A DNA stretch of 64,000 nucleotides, from the IMG/VR virus record IMGVR_UViG_3300030061_001171. The stretch is one strand, 5' to 3'. The position numbers were made by a program, and so were the translations under genes. Source of the stretch: an uncultured virus (IMG/VR IMGVR_UViG_3300030061_001171). Taxonomy: Duplodnaviria > Heunggongvirae > Uroviricota > Caudoviricetes. This document shows positions 1 to 11,100 of the stretch, one piece after another. Under the pieces are notes generated by a model, which worked only from the letters and a program-made list of their open reading frames with translations, was not told where the DNA came from and searched no databases. Every line of letters starts with the position of its first letter. Position 1 is the stretch's first letter.

Positions 1-246
1 GGTAAAAAGAATTCTAAATATTATTATGATAGAAATCCACAATCTAAAGCTAAAAAGAATAAGTACAATACAGCTTATCATAGTACTCCTGCTCGTAAAA
101 AGTATCGCGCTAAATTAAATGCTGCTAACCGTAAGGCAGGTACTTACGGTAACGGCGATGGTAAAGATATGTCCCACACCAAAGCGGGGCGTATGGTAAA
201 AGAAAGAGCCTCTCGTAATCGGGCTAGGAACAGGGGTCGTAAATGA
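1..246 (+). CDS. Small basic protein, HNH-like, 5'-truncated
   Basis: Frame 1 open from base 1 to TGA 244-246: ...RKKYRAKLNAANRKAGTYGNGDGKDMSHTKAGRMVKERASRNRARNRGRK; GDGKDxxH...NR pattern of small phage HNH-like proteins; not in ORF track. Confidence 0.6.
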   Translation, partial: GKKNSKYYYDRNPQSKAKKNKYNTAYHSTPARKKYRAKLNAANRKAGTYGNGDGKDMSHTKAGRMVKERASRNRARNRGRK

Positions 247-356
247 AAAGTAAATTTAAATGTGCGTGTGGCACCACTACTCGAAACACTGGCAAAGACG
301 TTAAGAAACTATTAGCACCACGTAAGGAGAAGTCCTATGGCAAAAAGAAAAAGTAA
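243..356 (+). CDS. Tiny basic protein (37 aa, CxC)
   Basis: ATGA overlap with upstream stop; MKSKFKCACGTTTRNTGKDVKKLLAPRKEKSYGKKKK. Confidence 0.5.
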   Translation: MKSKFKCACGTTTRNTGKDVKKLLAPRKEKSYGKKKK

Positions 357-600
357 AGGAGCCATGAAAGGCTGTAATATCGGTAATGGCTGTAAAAGCA
401 AAAAGGGCGGTCTTACTGCAAAAGGCCGTCGAATGATTAACCGTAAGACTGGCTCTAAGCTTAAAGCTCCTCAGCCGGGTGGTGGTTCTCGTAAGAAAAG
501 TTACTGCGCTCGGTCTGCCGGTCAGATGAAAAAGTTCCCTAAGGCTGCTAAAAACCCAAACAGCCGTTTACGAAAAGCAAGGCGAAGGTGGAAATGCTAA
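337..600 (+). CDS. Small basic phage protein (DUF6321-like)
   Basis: SD AAGGAG upstream; GGLTAKGR...RKKSYCARSAGQMKKFPKAAKNPNSRLRKARRRWKC pattern common in aquatic phages; family label from memory. Confidence 0.75.
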   Translation: MAKRKSKGAMKGCNIGNGCKSKKGGLTAKGRRMINRKTGSKLKAPQPGGGSRKKSYCARSAGQMKKFPKAAKNPNSRLRKARRRWKC

Positions 601-764
601 TGGCTAAGAAAAAGAAAAAAGCAAGTGACGCTTGTACTAAAAAAGTTAAATCACGCTACACCAAATGGCCCTCTGCCTATGCGTCTGGTGCGCTAGTTAA
701 ATGCCGTAAAGTCGGTGCTAAGAACTGGGGTACTGGGGGTAAGAAAAAACGGAAGAAGAAGTAA
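600..764 (+). CDS. Small basic phage protein (54 aa, WPSAYASGALVKCRK family)
   Basis: TAATG overlaps at both ends; MAKKKKKASDACTKKVKSRYTKWPSAYASGALVKCRKVGAKNWGTGGKKKRKKK; below ORF-track cutoff. Confidence 0.75.
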   Translation: MAKKKKKASDACTKKVKSRYTKWPSAYASGALVKCRKVGAKNWGTGGKKKRKKK

Positions 765-991
765 TGGCTAAGAAAAAAAGCGAAGGCTTGAAAAAATGGT
801 TTGGTAGAAACAACGGTAAAGGTTGGATTGATTGTAAAACAGGTAAACCCTGTGGTCGTAAATCTGCTAAGGGTAAAAGCAAAAGAGCTTACCCCGCTTG
901 CCGTCCTACCAAGTCTCAGTGCAATTCTAAAGCCAAGACTAAAAAAGGACCAGCGCGTATCTCGTGGAAGAAAGGTAAAAAGAAGAAATGA
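764..991 (+). CDS. Small basic phage protein (DUF5872-like half)
   Basis: GLKKWF...WIDCKTGKPCGR...YPACRP pattern; coupled to upstream gene (TAATG) and to TerL (ATGA). Confidence 0.7.
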   Translation: MAKKKSEGLKKWFGRNNGKGWIDCKTGKPCGRKSAKGKSKRAYPACRPTKSQCNSKAKTKKGPARISWKKGKKKK

Positions 992-2682
992 ATATACCCC
1001 AAGAAATGCTTGATGACTTCAGGAATCATTTGTGGGCCTGTTTCAAGTATCTAGGCTTGGGGGAGCCTACTCCACTACAATATGCTATGGCTGAGAAGCT
1101 ACAGAACGGCCCTGACGGCTTTCAGCTTCAGGCTGGTCGAGGTGCTGGTAAGTCCGTCCTGACGGCTTGCTTCGCATCGTGGCTGCTCCTGAAGGATCCT
1201 AATACTACGGTGATGGTCATGTCAGCTACGGCCAATAAGTCTACGGAGTTTATCTCCATGACACGCCGTATTCTGTCCCTTGTCCCGTACTGTCAGCACA
1301 TGGAACCCGGCCCAAATACCAAGGATAATGCCTTTGGATTTAACGTCGAAAACAGGACATCTCACGGGCAGGATTTAAGCTGCTTCGCACGAGGCGTTAC
1401 AGGGCAGATAACGGGGTCTCACGCCGATTGGGTGATCTTGGATGATGTGGAGATCGAAAAGAACTCGGAGACCGCAGAGAGCCGTGAGCGGCTTCTCACG
1501 AAGGTCTGGGAGATCGAGCAGATCCGTAACCCCGGAGAGGGCGGTGTACGTATTCTGGGTACGCCTCAGACCTCTGAGTCCATCTACCGTAAGATGGCTG
1601 ACGGGTATCCGATCCACAAGTTCCCGGCCCTAATGCCAGACCCTGACAGCCCCGGTCAGATTGACCATTGTGCTGATTATATATTAGAACTAGATCTCCA
1701 GCCCGGAGAGTCTACCCAGCCTGAGAGGTTCGATCTAGAGCTTCTTATGGAGCGTAAGGCCAAGGTTGGCCCCAAGCTGTTCTCGTTGCACTACCACCTA
1801 GATACCTCACTGGCTGACGCTGACAGGTATCCCCTTAGGTTGGCTGATTTAATTGTACTTGATTGTGATTATACAGTAGCCCCTGAAAAGATCGTTTGGG
1901 CATCTAAACACGTTAATAAAAAATTACCTTCTTTTGGATTGAGTGGAGATGTCTTGTATGAGCCTATGTGGGTTTCGCAAAATTACGAAGATTACGTACA
2001 TAAAGTTATGCACATTGACCCTAGTGGTCGCGGAGCAGATGAAACTTCTGTATGTGTCTCCGGGTATCTTAATGGCTATGTCTTTATTCTTGAGTTGGCT
2101 GGCCTACAAGGTGGTTACTCTGAGCGAACGCTTGAGAAGATCGTTACAATGGCTATGGAAACAGAAGTAAATGTTATTAGGTTTGAGTCCAACTTTGGTG
2201 ATGCTATGTTTGGTCAGATCCTGTTGCCTGTTATGAGGCGCATGGGGTGTGATGCGGGCATAGAAGAGTTTAGAGTTACGGGTAATAAAAGTAAAAGAAT
2301 TATCGGTACGCTTGAACCAGCTATGGCTGCTCACAGAATTGTAGTAGACCCTAAGGTGATTAGACAAGAAGAGACTCAGCGACAGTTGACCCGTATTACA
2401 GAAATGAAGGGGTCACTCAAGCATGACGATAGAGTGGACGTACTCGCTTCTAGTGTATCGTACTGGGAAGATTCCCTTGGTATCAACGTAGACGATAAGA
2501 TCGCAGAGGCAGAATACATGAGAAACGAAGAAATTATTCAAAACTGGGAGAACGATGACCGAAGAATTAGAAGTATAGGTTACGATAGATGTATTGGTCG
2601 AGTTGAAGTTAACGGCCAACATCTTAAAATGCAAAAACCAAGTTATTTTAATAACAGGCTTCTAAGGAAATTTAATCAATGA
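988..2682 (+). CDS. Terminase large subunit (T7 gp19-like)
   Basis: Walker A AGRGAGKS, GQITGSHAD..ILDDVE Walker B, LGTPQT, nuclease IDPSGRGADET and HDDRVDVLA. Confidence 0.96.
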   Translation: MNIPQEMLDDFRNHLWACFKYLGLGEPTPLQYAMAEKLQNGPDGFQLQAGRGAGKSVLTACFASWLLLKDPNTTVMVMSATANKSTEFISMTRRILSLVPYCQHMEPGPNTKDNAFGFNVENRTSHGQDLSCFARGVTGQITGSHADWVILDDVEIEKNSETAESRERLLTKVWEIEQIRNPGEGGVRILGTPQTSESIYRKMADGYPIHKFPALMPDPDSPGQIDHCADYILELDLQPGESTQPERFDLELLMERKAKVGPKLFSLHYHLDTSLADADRYPLRLADLIVLDCDYTVAPEKIVWASKHVNKKLPSFGLSGDVLYEPMWVSQNYEDYVHKVMHIDPSGRGADETSVCVSGYLNGYVFILELAGLQGGYSERTLEKIVTMAMETEVNVIRFESNFGDAMFGQILLPVMRRMGCDAGIEEFRVTGNKSKRIIGTLEPAMAAHRIVVDPKVIRQEETQRQLTRITEMKGSLKHDDRVDVLASSVSYWEDSLGINVDDKIAEAEYMRNEEIIQNWENDDRRIRSIGYDRCIGRVEVNGQHLKMQKPSYFNNRLLRKFNQ

Positions 2683-3170
2683 GAGTAGTTACCGGAATAG
2701 GACCACGAGTTGGTACTTCGTTTACAATGAATTTTTTACGAAAAAATGGATTACCTATTGCTGGTAAAAAGTTTTTATATTTTACCCCTAAGGATGAAAA
2801 TCCTGATGGGTTCTGGGAATTAGATCCTCAAGTAATGGAGGATGGTTGTAAAGATCACATGTGGAAAAACATGTATGTAAAGGTTTGGCCTGCCTTGTTG
2901 CTAAAAACCCCAGTGTATAACATAAACAGGCTTCTTATATTAGAACGCAAAGATAAAGAAAGACAATTAGAAAGCGTCAATAGAATTTATAAAAAAGAAA
3001 AGGAAATAGTTAATTTTACATCCCCTTTTAATCCACCTACAGATATCATTGATTGGTCTAGGTGGTGCCTTACAAGGGCTTTAGAAGAAGCTAATTACCC
3101 CATCTTGCATGTCTATACAGAAGACATAAACGATAAATTAGACGAAATACTTTCTTTTATGGAGGATTGA
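2679..3170 (+). CDS. Sulfotransferase-like P-loop protein
   Basis: N-terminal VVTGIGPRVGTSFTMNFL and DENPDGFWE resemble the GxPRSGTS / NPxGYxE pattern of short sulfotransferase-family proteins. Confidence 0.6.
   Translation: MRVVTGIGPRVGTSFTMNFLRKNGLPIAGKKFLYFTPKDENPDGFWELDPQVMEDGCKDHMWKNMYVKVWPALLLKTPVYNINRLLILERKDKERQLESVNRIYKKEKEIVNFTSPFNPPTDIIDWSRWCLTRALEEANYPILHVYTEDINDKLDEILSFMED
2902..2922 (+). promoter_or_regulatory. Candidate phage RNAP promoter (copy 1)
   Basis: TAAAAACCCCAGTGTATAACA matches the repeated motif at 21943 and 35130; lies upstream of the internal virion genes. Confidence 0.55.
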
Positions 3171-3171
3171 T

Positions 3172-3936
3172 ATGCCTTATTTAATGGCTGGTAGTATGAT
3201 TGCTGGTGGTGTTTTAGGAGGATTTTCTGGAAGTAGTGAAGCAAGGAACAAATATAACGCAGAGATGGCCGCGTATAACGATAGAACCATAAGAGAAACT
3301 ATTGCTCACAGCAAGCAACTATTTGGAATTGCAAACGCTAATGCAACAAAACAAGTTCAAAATATGCTTAATGCAGAGGCAATGTCTAGAAACTATGCCA
3401 GAGAACGTTTAAATTTTCAGAAAACTACTGAAGATAGACGGCAGTTTATGGCTGAAAACCAGCGATTAACAGAAGCTTCTACTAACTCTATGGTTACTGC
3501 TAAATTGGGTTCATCTTCAGGAACAGCAGAACGCATTCGTGAGCAAATGAAACACAAGGGAGCTAAAAACTGGCAAACGGAGTTCTTTAATACTCTTGAT
3601 GCAGAAAAAGCTATGGAAACTCAATATCGAAATAACCTTAATCAAATCGATGATTCTATGCAGCAAGCAGACGCATATGTACCCGGTATGCCGCCTCAGC
3701 AGCCTGACATGAGTATGGCAATTCTTAATGGTGTTATGAGTGGTGTGATGGGCGGAGGAATGCTTGGTAGTGCTTTAGGCGGTGCCTTTGGCGGAGGAGC
3801 AGCAACAAGCCCCAGTAGTTCCGGTAGTTCCGGTGGATCTGGAGGAGGATTTCAACTCGGCGGATTAAGCGGAGGCTATGGTGTCTCTGGTGTTGGCCCT
3901 ACAAATATTGGCGGCTTTGGTAATATGCAGCTTTAA
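3172..3936 (+). CDS. Internal virion protein (T7 gp14-like)
   Basis: Gly/Ala-rich hydrophobic termini, helical Gln/Asn-rich core, first of three consecutive small-large-giant genes; SD GGAGG. Confidence 0.7.
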   Translation: MPYLMAGSMIAGGVLGGFSGSSEARNKYNAEMAAYNDRTIRETIAHSKQLFGIANANATKQVQNMLNAEAMSRNYARERLNFQKTTEDRRQFMAENQRLTEASTNSMVTAKLGSSSGTAERIREQMKHKGAKNWQTEFFNTLDAEKAMETQYRNNLNQIDDSMQQADAYVPGMPPQQPDMSMAILNGVMSGVMGGGMLGSALGGAFGGGAATSPSSSGSSGGSGGGFQLGGLSGGYGVSGVGPTNIGGFGNMQL

Positions 3937-3947
3937 GGAGATAAACT

Positions 3948-6900
3948 ATGCCCCCCAGAATTACACAAAATGATAAAAGAGAACAAACAGGACGCATTCC
4001 GGGCCAGCTTGAACGAGTTCAACGACAAACTAGAACTACGTACAAAACTGCAAAACAAGTTTCACAATTTAAGCCGGGTACAATTAAGTTCGGACAAGAC
4101 GCTCCTTCAGCTTATGGGTATGCTCCCAGTATTGCTACAAATTTAGTAAACGCCTTACGACCTTTAGGAAAAATTGTTGAGCAAGGAACTGAAGTAAGGG
4201 ATCGTATAGACAAAGAAAAATTTGATGATATTTTCTTATTTGCTCAAAGCACCAACGCTAATCCAGATCTGGGGTATGAACAAAAGTTAGAATTAATTAG
4301 CAAAGCTTACGGTGACTTTAAACCAATGTCAAGGAAATATCAAATTGCTGCACATACTCAAAAAACTAGGGCTTTGCAGGAGTTAAACGGTGTTCAAGAT
4401 AAATTAAGGTTTAGCGATTGGGCTACAAAAACAATCCAAGCAAGTATGAGCTATCCCGTTAATCCTCAAGATGATTCCATGTCTAGGGAAGAATTTTTAG
4501 TTCAATCAGCAGCAGATCTTAGAACGAATGAACCTCAATTTGATATCCAGTCTAGACTGTGGGCAGACGGTCAACAGCAGCAGATTTATAAAAAACAGTT
4601 TGAGGCTATGAACAACTTTGCCTCGCTTCAGGCTGACATTATTTTAAAATCTAAAGATCCTAGTTTCTTTTCTTCTGCGGGTAATCAAAATCAATTTATG
4701 GCTGAGTTAGAAACAGTATTTGCTGAAAACGGTTACGACCCTAGAACAATTACTGAAAATCAAGCCATAATGGAAAATATCGATAATAAGTATTCTGCGT
4801 TTAAATCTATGGGGAATACTATTGTTGAAAAAGAAGGACAAAGAACTAATTTACTTTCAGGTGTAGTCTCATCCACTACAAATAACACAGATCTTCCTTT
4901 TCTTTTTGATTTTGGTTTATCTCCTACTGAAATTGCCGCTTCTATTGTAAAAGACGGAGAAGCTTTGGCAGCAGATCCCTCTACGTTTATACCTAATGTT
5001 TGGGCTAAATTATCGGGAATTAGTAGGCAACCTAAATCTCCTACAGAAATTTCACAAACTTTAAGTGCATTTCCTTCTGTTTCTTTTTCTCCTGAAAATC
5101 AAGAATTAGTTAGAAATATTCAAGAGAATCCTGAGTGGTTAAGTGATAAGTATGATGAAATCGCTAGAAAAAATGACGAAGGTCCGTATGATTTTCAACA
5201 GAAAGAACTTTTTGGTCTTACTATGTCAATAACTTCAGCATTGGGGGATGCAGAAAACTTATTTAAACAGAGATTTAAGCAAGTATTAGGACCAGAAAAA
5301 TCTGCTTTATTAGATGTAAAAGAGCCTGATAATTTAGGTACTCCTCCTCCAACCGGCGGACCCGACAGAGCAGGTGAGATTCTTAATGTAATAAATAACA
5401 CAGGGTATGTAAGCTCTGACGATCAAATTAGTCAAAAAAATTATATCTTAAGTCAATCTATTTATTACTCTGAATATCTTCGATCACAAGCAGAATTTAA
5501 TCAATATGATGAACAGGGAGAAGGAGTAGGAAATCCTGTAGGTAATTCTTTTTCTTTATATGAGTCTGAACGCATTAATAGTCTTATTGAAACTGCTGAT
5601 TTATATAACGAATCGCCATCAGAAAAAAACTTACAATCTAGAGAAGAATTAGCTAGAACACTCGATAAACAAGGTTTATTAATTTCGCGTGATGAAGTTA
5701 ACGAAAGAGCTAGATTCTTTAGTAATACTTTGGTTGAACTTAAAAAAGGAATATCTATAGGAGGAAACGAAACTCAACAGGGTGGTAGATATCTTAATGG
5801 TGTTTTAATAGCTGCCGCAGAAAGTGGAATGTTCGGTAATTCCATGCAATTTTTAGAAGATCAGGAAATTCACCTTAGAACTAAAATTAATATGTTTCTT
5901 CGTACTATGCGTGATCCAGACTTAAACATTTCTACTGGTTTACTTGAAGATATTGAACTGGTCGAAGCTGCACACACAAACGCAACAAAACAAGAAGTTA
6001 ATTATTTTGGTATGTTACAAGAATTTGAAAGACTTTCAAATCAGTTTAAAAACCCAAAAGATCCCGAGATGATAGATTCTTTTAAAAAATATAAAACAAA
6101 TTTAGGTATTCTTACTGCAAATTACGCAAAACAAGTAGAAGAAAGTACTCAATTAATTACAGCAAGTAATGATTCGTTTGAACTAAGTAGTGATTCCAAT
6201 GCAATGATTCCGTTTTTATCTGGTACTGTCGCATCTAAATTAGCCTTTGATGCAAGAAACGGATCAAATTCTAGTACTGTTCCTCAAGAAGCTATGAGTG
6301 AGTTAGCGTCTCAAATAACAAAATTTAGTGACCAAACTAGAAGTGACATGTACGATCCAGAAGGTAACAAAACAACAGATTTTGATTTTATTGGCTGGAG
6401 AGAAAAAAACGCAAAAAGCATTGCAGCAATAAGTAATTTATTTGGTACAAATCTTCCTAACAACGAATTAAAACAAGCTGCCATTGGTTTTGTCGGTAAC
6501 TACTTAGGGCTTAATACACAGATGTTATCGGGTATCCAAAATCTTGAATCTAGCGCACCTAGAAACAGAATACTCGCTGACTACATGTTTAAAAATGGTA
6601 GAGTTTTATCAGCAATAAGCCCAAACGAAACAGAAGCAGCACGTTCTGTTATGGAAGGATTTCAATCTTATTTTATTAGTCCTTCAAGTGGGATAGAATT
6701 ACCTTCGTTTGGACCCGGTGTATTTAAAATAGCGAGTATGTCAAATATTTTTATACCCCGAGGAGTTGATCCTTCTAATCCCGCAACTTTTGTTAATCAC
6801 GGTTTTAATATGAATATTCCTAATAGGTCGTTTGTAAGCGAAGTAGGTGCGCCTCTTATTAGTATGGACACACAACAAAACTTTGGTCTTTCTGTAGCAC

Positions 6901-8069
6901 AAGCTATTGCAGGAGGAGCATTACAAAATAGGGATATATTAACAAAGTTTGTCGAGAACGGACAAATGGAAACAGCGTTACATAATGGTATTGTTTCAGT
7001 AACTAGTCTAAGAGATAGAGGACAAGTAGGACCAGAAGACTCTATGGATTTGCTTTTATCTATTTTAAAACAAAATAATACAAGAGTTTCTATTGGCATT
7101 ACTCAAGCAACAGATAAAGGTAATAAATATGTTACAGAAATGGTAAAAGCTTCTATGAAAGAAATTGGGGCTACTGATGAAGAGTTAGACGCTTTAGGTA
7201 ATTATACCTTTGATGTAAATACATTTCAAGGTACAGCAGACGATCAAAATACCATTCAATTTAATGCGTGGGATCCAACCGGAGCAAACGCCTTTAGAAC
7301 TCGATTTGTAGAAGATACCGGAATGACTGGGGGAATGACTGGGGGATATGCAAATATGGGGGTTATAAACCATAACACTCAGCTTTCACAAACTAGCGTT
7401 CCGATTAGCTCGTTCTATAAAGTAACATCAGCTTTTGAAAACTTGCTTACAGATGAGAATAATTTTGATCATTTACACAGACATATTGAGGGAGGGGCTG
7501 CGCCTCAAGCTTATCTAGATTTGCTTAAAATGTTAGCTTCTCCGAGAGGCGAAACTAATTTATTAGGGGGTAGAAGATTTACAGGCGAAGACGGTGTAGA
7601 AATGATTGAAGAAGGTATGTCTTTATTCGCTTTAAATCAACTTTCTGTTTTATATACAGCTACTGCACAAATTAAAGAAAAAGAAGGTTTAAAGGCTGCA
7701 TTAGACTTTTTAAAAGATACACACGATAACTTTGAGCGAACTAGTACTTCTACTACTAACGGTATTTTTGCTTATGAAAATATTAACGGTACGTTTTACT
7801 ATATGGTAAACGAAGGAAATAGAATGTCTCCGTACATGTTAAACGGAAATGGTAATAATCAGTTACAGCTTAGAGCAGAAGAATTTAGAGATCGTATTTT
7901 ATTACACACTGGAAGAAGGGATGTACCGCAGTCAAAATTTAATTATAAAAATTATCCCAATTTCTGGACTTATAAATTCTTTAAAGAAGAACAAAAAAAA
8001 GAAGCAGCACTCGCCGAAACAGAACTGCGAAGACTATCGCGGGGTAGTCTAAACACCCCTAAGATTTAA
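3948..8069 (+). CDS. Internal virion protein (T7 gp15-like position), 1373 aa
   Basis: Long ORF with SD AAGGAG between gp14-like and giant gene; assignment by synteny only. Confidence 0.6.
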   Translation: MPPRITQNDKREQTGRIPGQLERVQRQTRTTYKTAKQVSQFKPGTIKFGQDAPSAYGYAPSIATNLVNALRPLGKIVEQGTEVRDRIDKEKFDDIFLFAQSTNANPDLGYEQKLELISKAYGDFKPMSRKYQIAAHTQKTRALQELNGVQDKLRFSDWATKTIQASMSYPVNPQDDSMSREEFLVQSAADLRTNEPQFDIQSRLWADGQQQQIYKKQFEAMNNFASLQADIILKSKDPSFFSSAGNQNQFMAELETVFAENGYDPRTITENQAIMENIDNKYSAFKSMGNTIVEKEGQRTNLLSGVVSSTTNNTDLPFLFDFGLSPTEIAASIVKDGEALAADPSTFIPNVWAKLSGISRQPKSPTEISQTLSAFPSVSFSPENQELVRNIQENPEWLSDKYDEIARKNDEGPYDFQQKELFGLTMSITSALGDAENLFKQRFKQVLGPEKSALLDVKEPDNLGTPPPTGGPDRAGEILNVINNTGYVSSDDQISQKNYILSQSIYYSEYLRSQAEFNQYDEQGEGVGNPVGNSFSLYESERINSLIETADLYNESPSEKNLQSREELARTLDKQGLLISRDEVNERARFFSNTLVELKKGISIGGNETQQGGRYLNGVLIAAAESGMFGNSMQFLEDQEIHLRTKINMFLRTMRDPDLNISTGLLEDIELVEAAHTNATKQEVNYFGMLQEFERLSNQFKNPKDPEMIDSFKKYKTNLGILTANYAKQVEESTQLITASNDSFELSSDSNAMIPFLSGTVASKLAFDARNGSNSSTVPQEAMSELASQITKFSDQTRSDMYDPEGNKTTDFDFIGWREKNAKSIAAISNLFGTNLPNNELKQAAIGFVGNYLGLNTQMLSGIQNLESSAPRNRILADYMFKNGRVLSAISPNETEAARSVMEGFQSYFISPSSGIELPSFGPGVFKIASMSNIFIPRGVDPSNPATFVNHGFNMNIPNRSFVSEVGAPLISMDTQQNFGLSVAQAIAGGALQNRDILTKFVENGQMETALHNGIVSVTSLRDRGQVGPEDSMDLLLSILKQNNTRVSIGITQATDKGNKYVTEMVKASMKEIGATDEELDALGNYTFDVNTFQGTADDQNTIQFNAWDPTGANAFRTRFVEDTGMTGGMTGGYANMGVINHNTQLSQTSVPISSFYKVTSAFENLLTDENNFDHLHRHIEGGAAPQAYLDLLKMLASPRGETNLLGGRRFTGEDGVEMIEEGMSLFALNQLSVLYTATAQIKEKEGLKAALDFLKDTHDNFERTSTSTTNGIFAYENINGTFYYMVNEGNRMSPYMLNGNGNNQLQLRAEEFRDRILLHTGRRDVPQSKFNYKNYPNFWTYKFFKEEQKKEAALAETELRRLSRGSLNTPKI

Positions 8070-8115
8070 TCTTAAAAATTAATTTTAAACTAAATACTTA
8101 AACAAGGAATAAACT

Positions 8116-11100
8116 ATGCCTATTGATTTTAATAGTGAGAACTATTCAAAAGAAGCTACTGAATTCTATGAAAAACTTAGACGAGCAGAGTACGAAAAAA
8201 ACATTGCTCCTAGAACTTTATCTGATGTAATGTCAGAGCAGTTGTTAAGTGATAATATCGGTAGTTTTATTCAAGGTTCAGCAGATGCTGCTCCGTATAT
8301 TTACGATACTATGGATTCTAAATATATTTTAGATTCCTTTAGCGATGTAGCAGAAAACTTATTTACACCTTTTAGGGTTAACCCCGTAGAACTTATGGAG
8401 GGTATTAGGGCTGATAACGATTTCTTTACAAGGCAAATCCAAAGTATTGCAGATGAAACTGACCAACAGAGAGAAAACTTAGGTAAGAATGAAAAACTAG
8501 AAATACTTTTTCAAGGATCACCTTTGTTTACAAGAGGTGTAAACTCAGCTTTAGCGGATCCTGAAAATGCTTCCACGTATTTAAATAGTAAGTTATTTGG
8601 TAATATTCAGTTTGCTACAGGTCAGCGTTTCTTTGATTTATCTAATGCGTTTGATGCGTCTGCTTACCAAAACGCTGGTGCTGCCCCTACCTTCCAGTCT
8701 GTTTTAGGTAAATCTCTTAATGTTATGGGCGAACAAGCCAATCAAATGAAGATGAGGATGTTCGATAAAAACATTTTAGAACAGGTTATTGATTCTCTTC
8801 CTGAAGACCATCAACTAAAGGGAGTAGACTTAGATGTTTTATTTAAAGATCAAGCAGTACAAGAACAAATTGATTTAGCAAATTACAGCCCAAGCGATAA
8901 CTGGTTTACTGGAAATCTCCGTAAGATGAATCCTTTCTACGGCGAAGACGAGTACGTAAGTTACGAAACTATGTTCGGCAGAGAAGATGGTATTGATAAA
9001 CTTCTTTTAGCTGAAGATAAATCATGGCAAGGAACAGAAGACTTACCCGGAGTTAGAGATCTTTTAGCTGCGGCTATTGAAACGTCAGACAATCCTCAAG
9101 TTAGAGAATACTTAGTTAAAAATCCTCATATTATTGAAGATTTAAAAAACTCTAAAAACTCAGTTGCATTCTCTGCCGGATTGAATAAACGCCAGATTGA
9201 ATATAATATTGGAGAATTTGTAAGTAGATCTGACGGTTTTGGTGTAGCGGGTACAATGAATATGTTAGGATACGGATTTACTACCGATCCCTCTTTACCT
9301 TTAGATATTTTAGCTACAGGTGTAACTTTAGGGGGTTGGGCTCTTCTTAAAGGGGGCGGAAGATTAATTCAAGGAGCAGCAGGTCTTTCTTACGGTATTG
9401 ATGCAGCACTTAGTGTTAAGCGACTTAATAAAGCTACTAATACTTACGAAACTGTTAGTAGAATGGGTAGACTTGGTACTGGATTAAGAAACCTAAATGA
9501 TATGGTTGATGTAGGCGTAACAAAATTAGGACGAGGGGTTGAAAACTTTGGAGATATTCTTTTAAACGCCCAACGAATTATGCCTACTCAGATTGTGTCA
9601 GAATTATTGGTGCCGTCTACTTTATTTTATTTTAAAACGGGTGTAACTAAAGGTAAAGGTGCAGCAGGGAAAGCTAAAAACTTCTATAACTACTTACAGT
9701 CAGGTAAATATCTTCCCGAATCAACATCAGGTAAAATGGCTTACAGAGCAGTTTCAGGCGCAGGCGAAGGAGTTGTCTGGGGTTATTTAGAATACGAGTA
9801 CGCTACCTCCATTGAAGATGTCATGAACGAGGCTTTCTATGGAGAAGAAACTGCTAATGCTATGGCGTATCAAAGAGAACAAAGCGGTGCTATGCTCCAG
9901 TCAATGCTTATGAGTGGTGTAATGGGAGGAGCATTAGCTCCAACTATTGGTGCTACTTTTGAAGGTGTCATTGCAGCAGGAAAAGCTCTTCCTAAAGCAA
10001 CAAAAGATATAGCTGTAGGGTTGTCAGAATCAACCCCCTTTAGTCGAAACAAAGAACCTGAAGTTAGTGACGATGTTATTGATAAGATTAACGGTAAACT
10101 TGAAGAAAAAATTGCTCAACGAAATGAAGAATCACGATTATATAGATTAGGTCAGGTGTCAAAAGACACTTTAAAAAACATCGGTAATAGAATTATAAAC
10201 AACGCTATTTCTGGTGATGCCCGAATCGCCCTTAACTTAGCACTTAAAGATGTAGAGTTCGGTGAAAGCGAAACGAATCAAACTTCTGCTGTTAATGTCC
10301 TAGAAAAAGAAATTTTAGGTTTATCCGCAAAATCTAAACGGGGCGGACTTAGTATTAAAAAAGCAGTTGTTGCAGTTAAGAAAGCTTTAAACGGCGAACG
10401 AGTTTCACCGGAAGAGTTTATAAGGCGTGTCAGGGAAGATTTAAAACAACAGTCAACAACTCAAAAATTCTTTATAGATAGAAAAACTAACTTTGCTATT
10501 GAACAAGCAAGACAAGAACAGCAAGAGTTAATGGGTATTATTGAACAAGAAAACGTGGCTCAAAAAACTACCGATGGTAATGAACCAGCAACAGCAGAGC
10601 AAGTCACAGAAAGACAAGAAAATAGCAACACAGAATCTGACAAACTGATTACAGAAACTAAAAAAGTTTTTGATGAAGTTGAAGAAGAAGTAGAAGCCTC
10701 AAAAGAAAATATTGAAAAAATTGAAAACGAGTTACATAAAATTCGTACAAGAATTAAGAGGTTTAAACGAACAGGAAAAGCAGGAAAAGCTAAAGCTAAA
10801 GAATTTGAAAATCAAGCAGTTAAATTAGAAAATAAACTTGACGAATTAAACAACATTTTAGAAAACCAACTTGTAGAAAGAGTTGAGGCCGTTGAAAACT
10901 ATAAAACAGCCGTTCTTAAAAAAGACTCTGAGAATGTTCCTTTCTTAGCTGGGGATATTTCAGATTACAGGAAACGACTTAAGAAAAAACTTCAAAGCGA
11001 CCTGAAGGGAATTGAAGGAGCAAGCGGGGCAGCCGTAATGGGTATTTTGGGAATGGATAACGATTTAATTAATCGGTTAATGTCTGGCCCCATTACTGAA

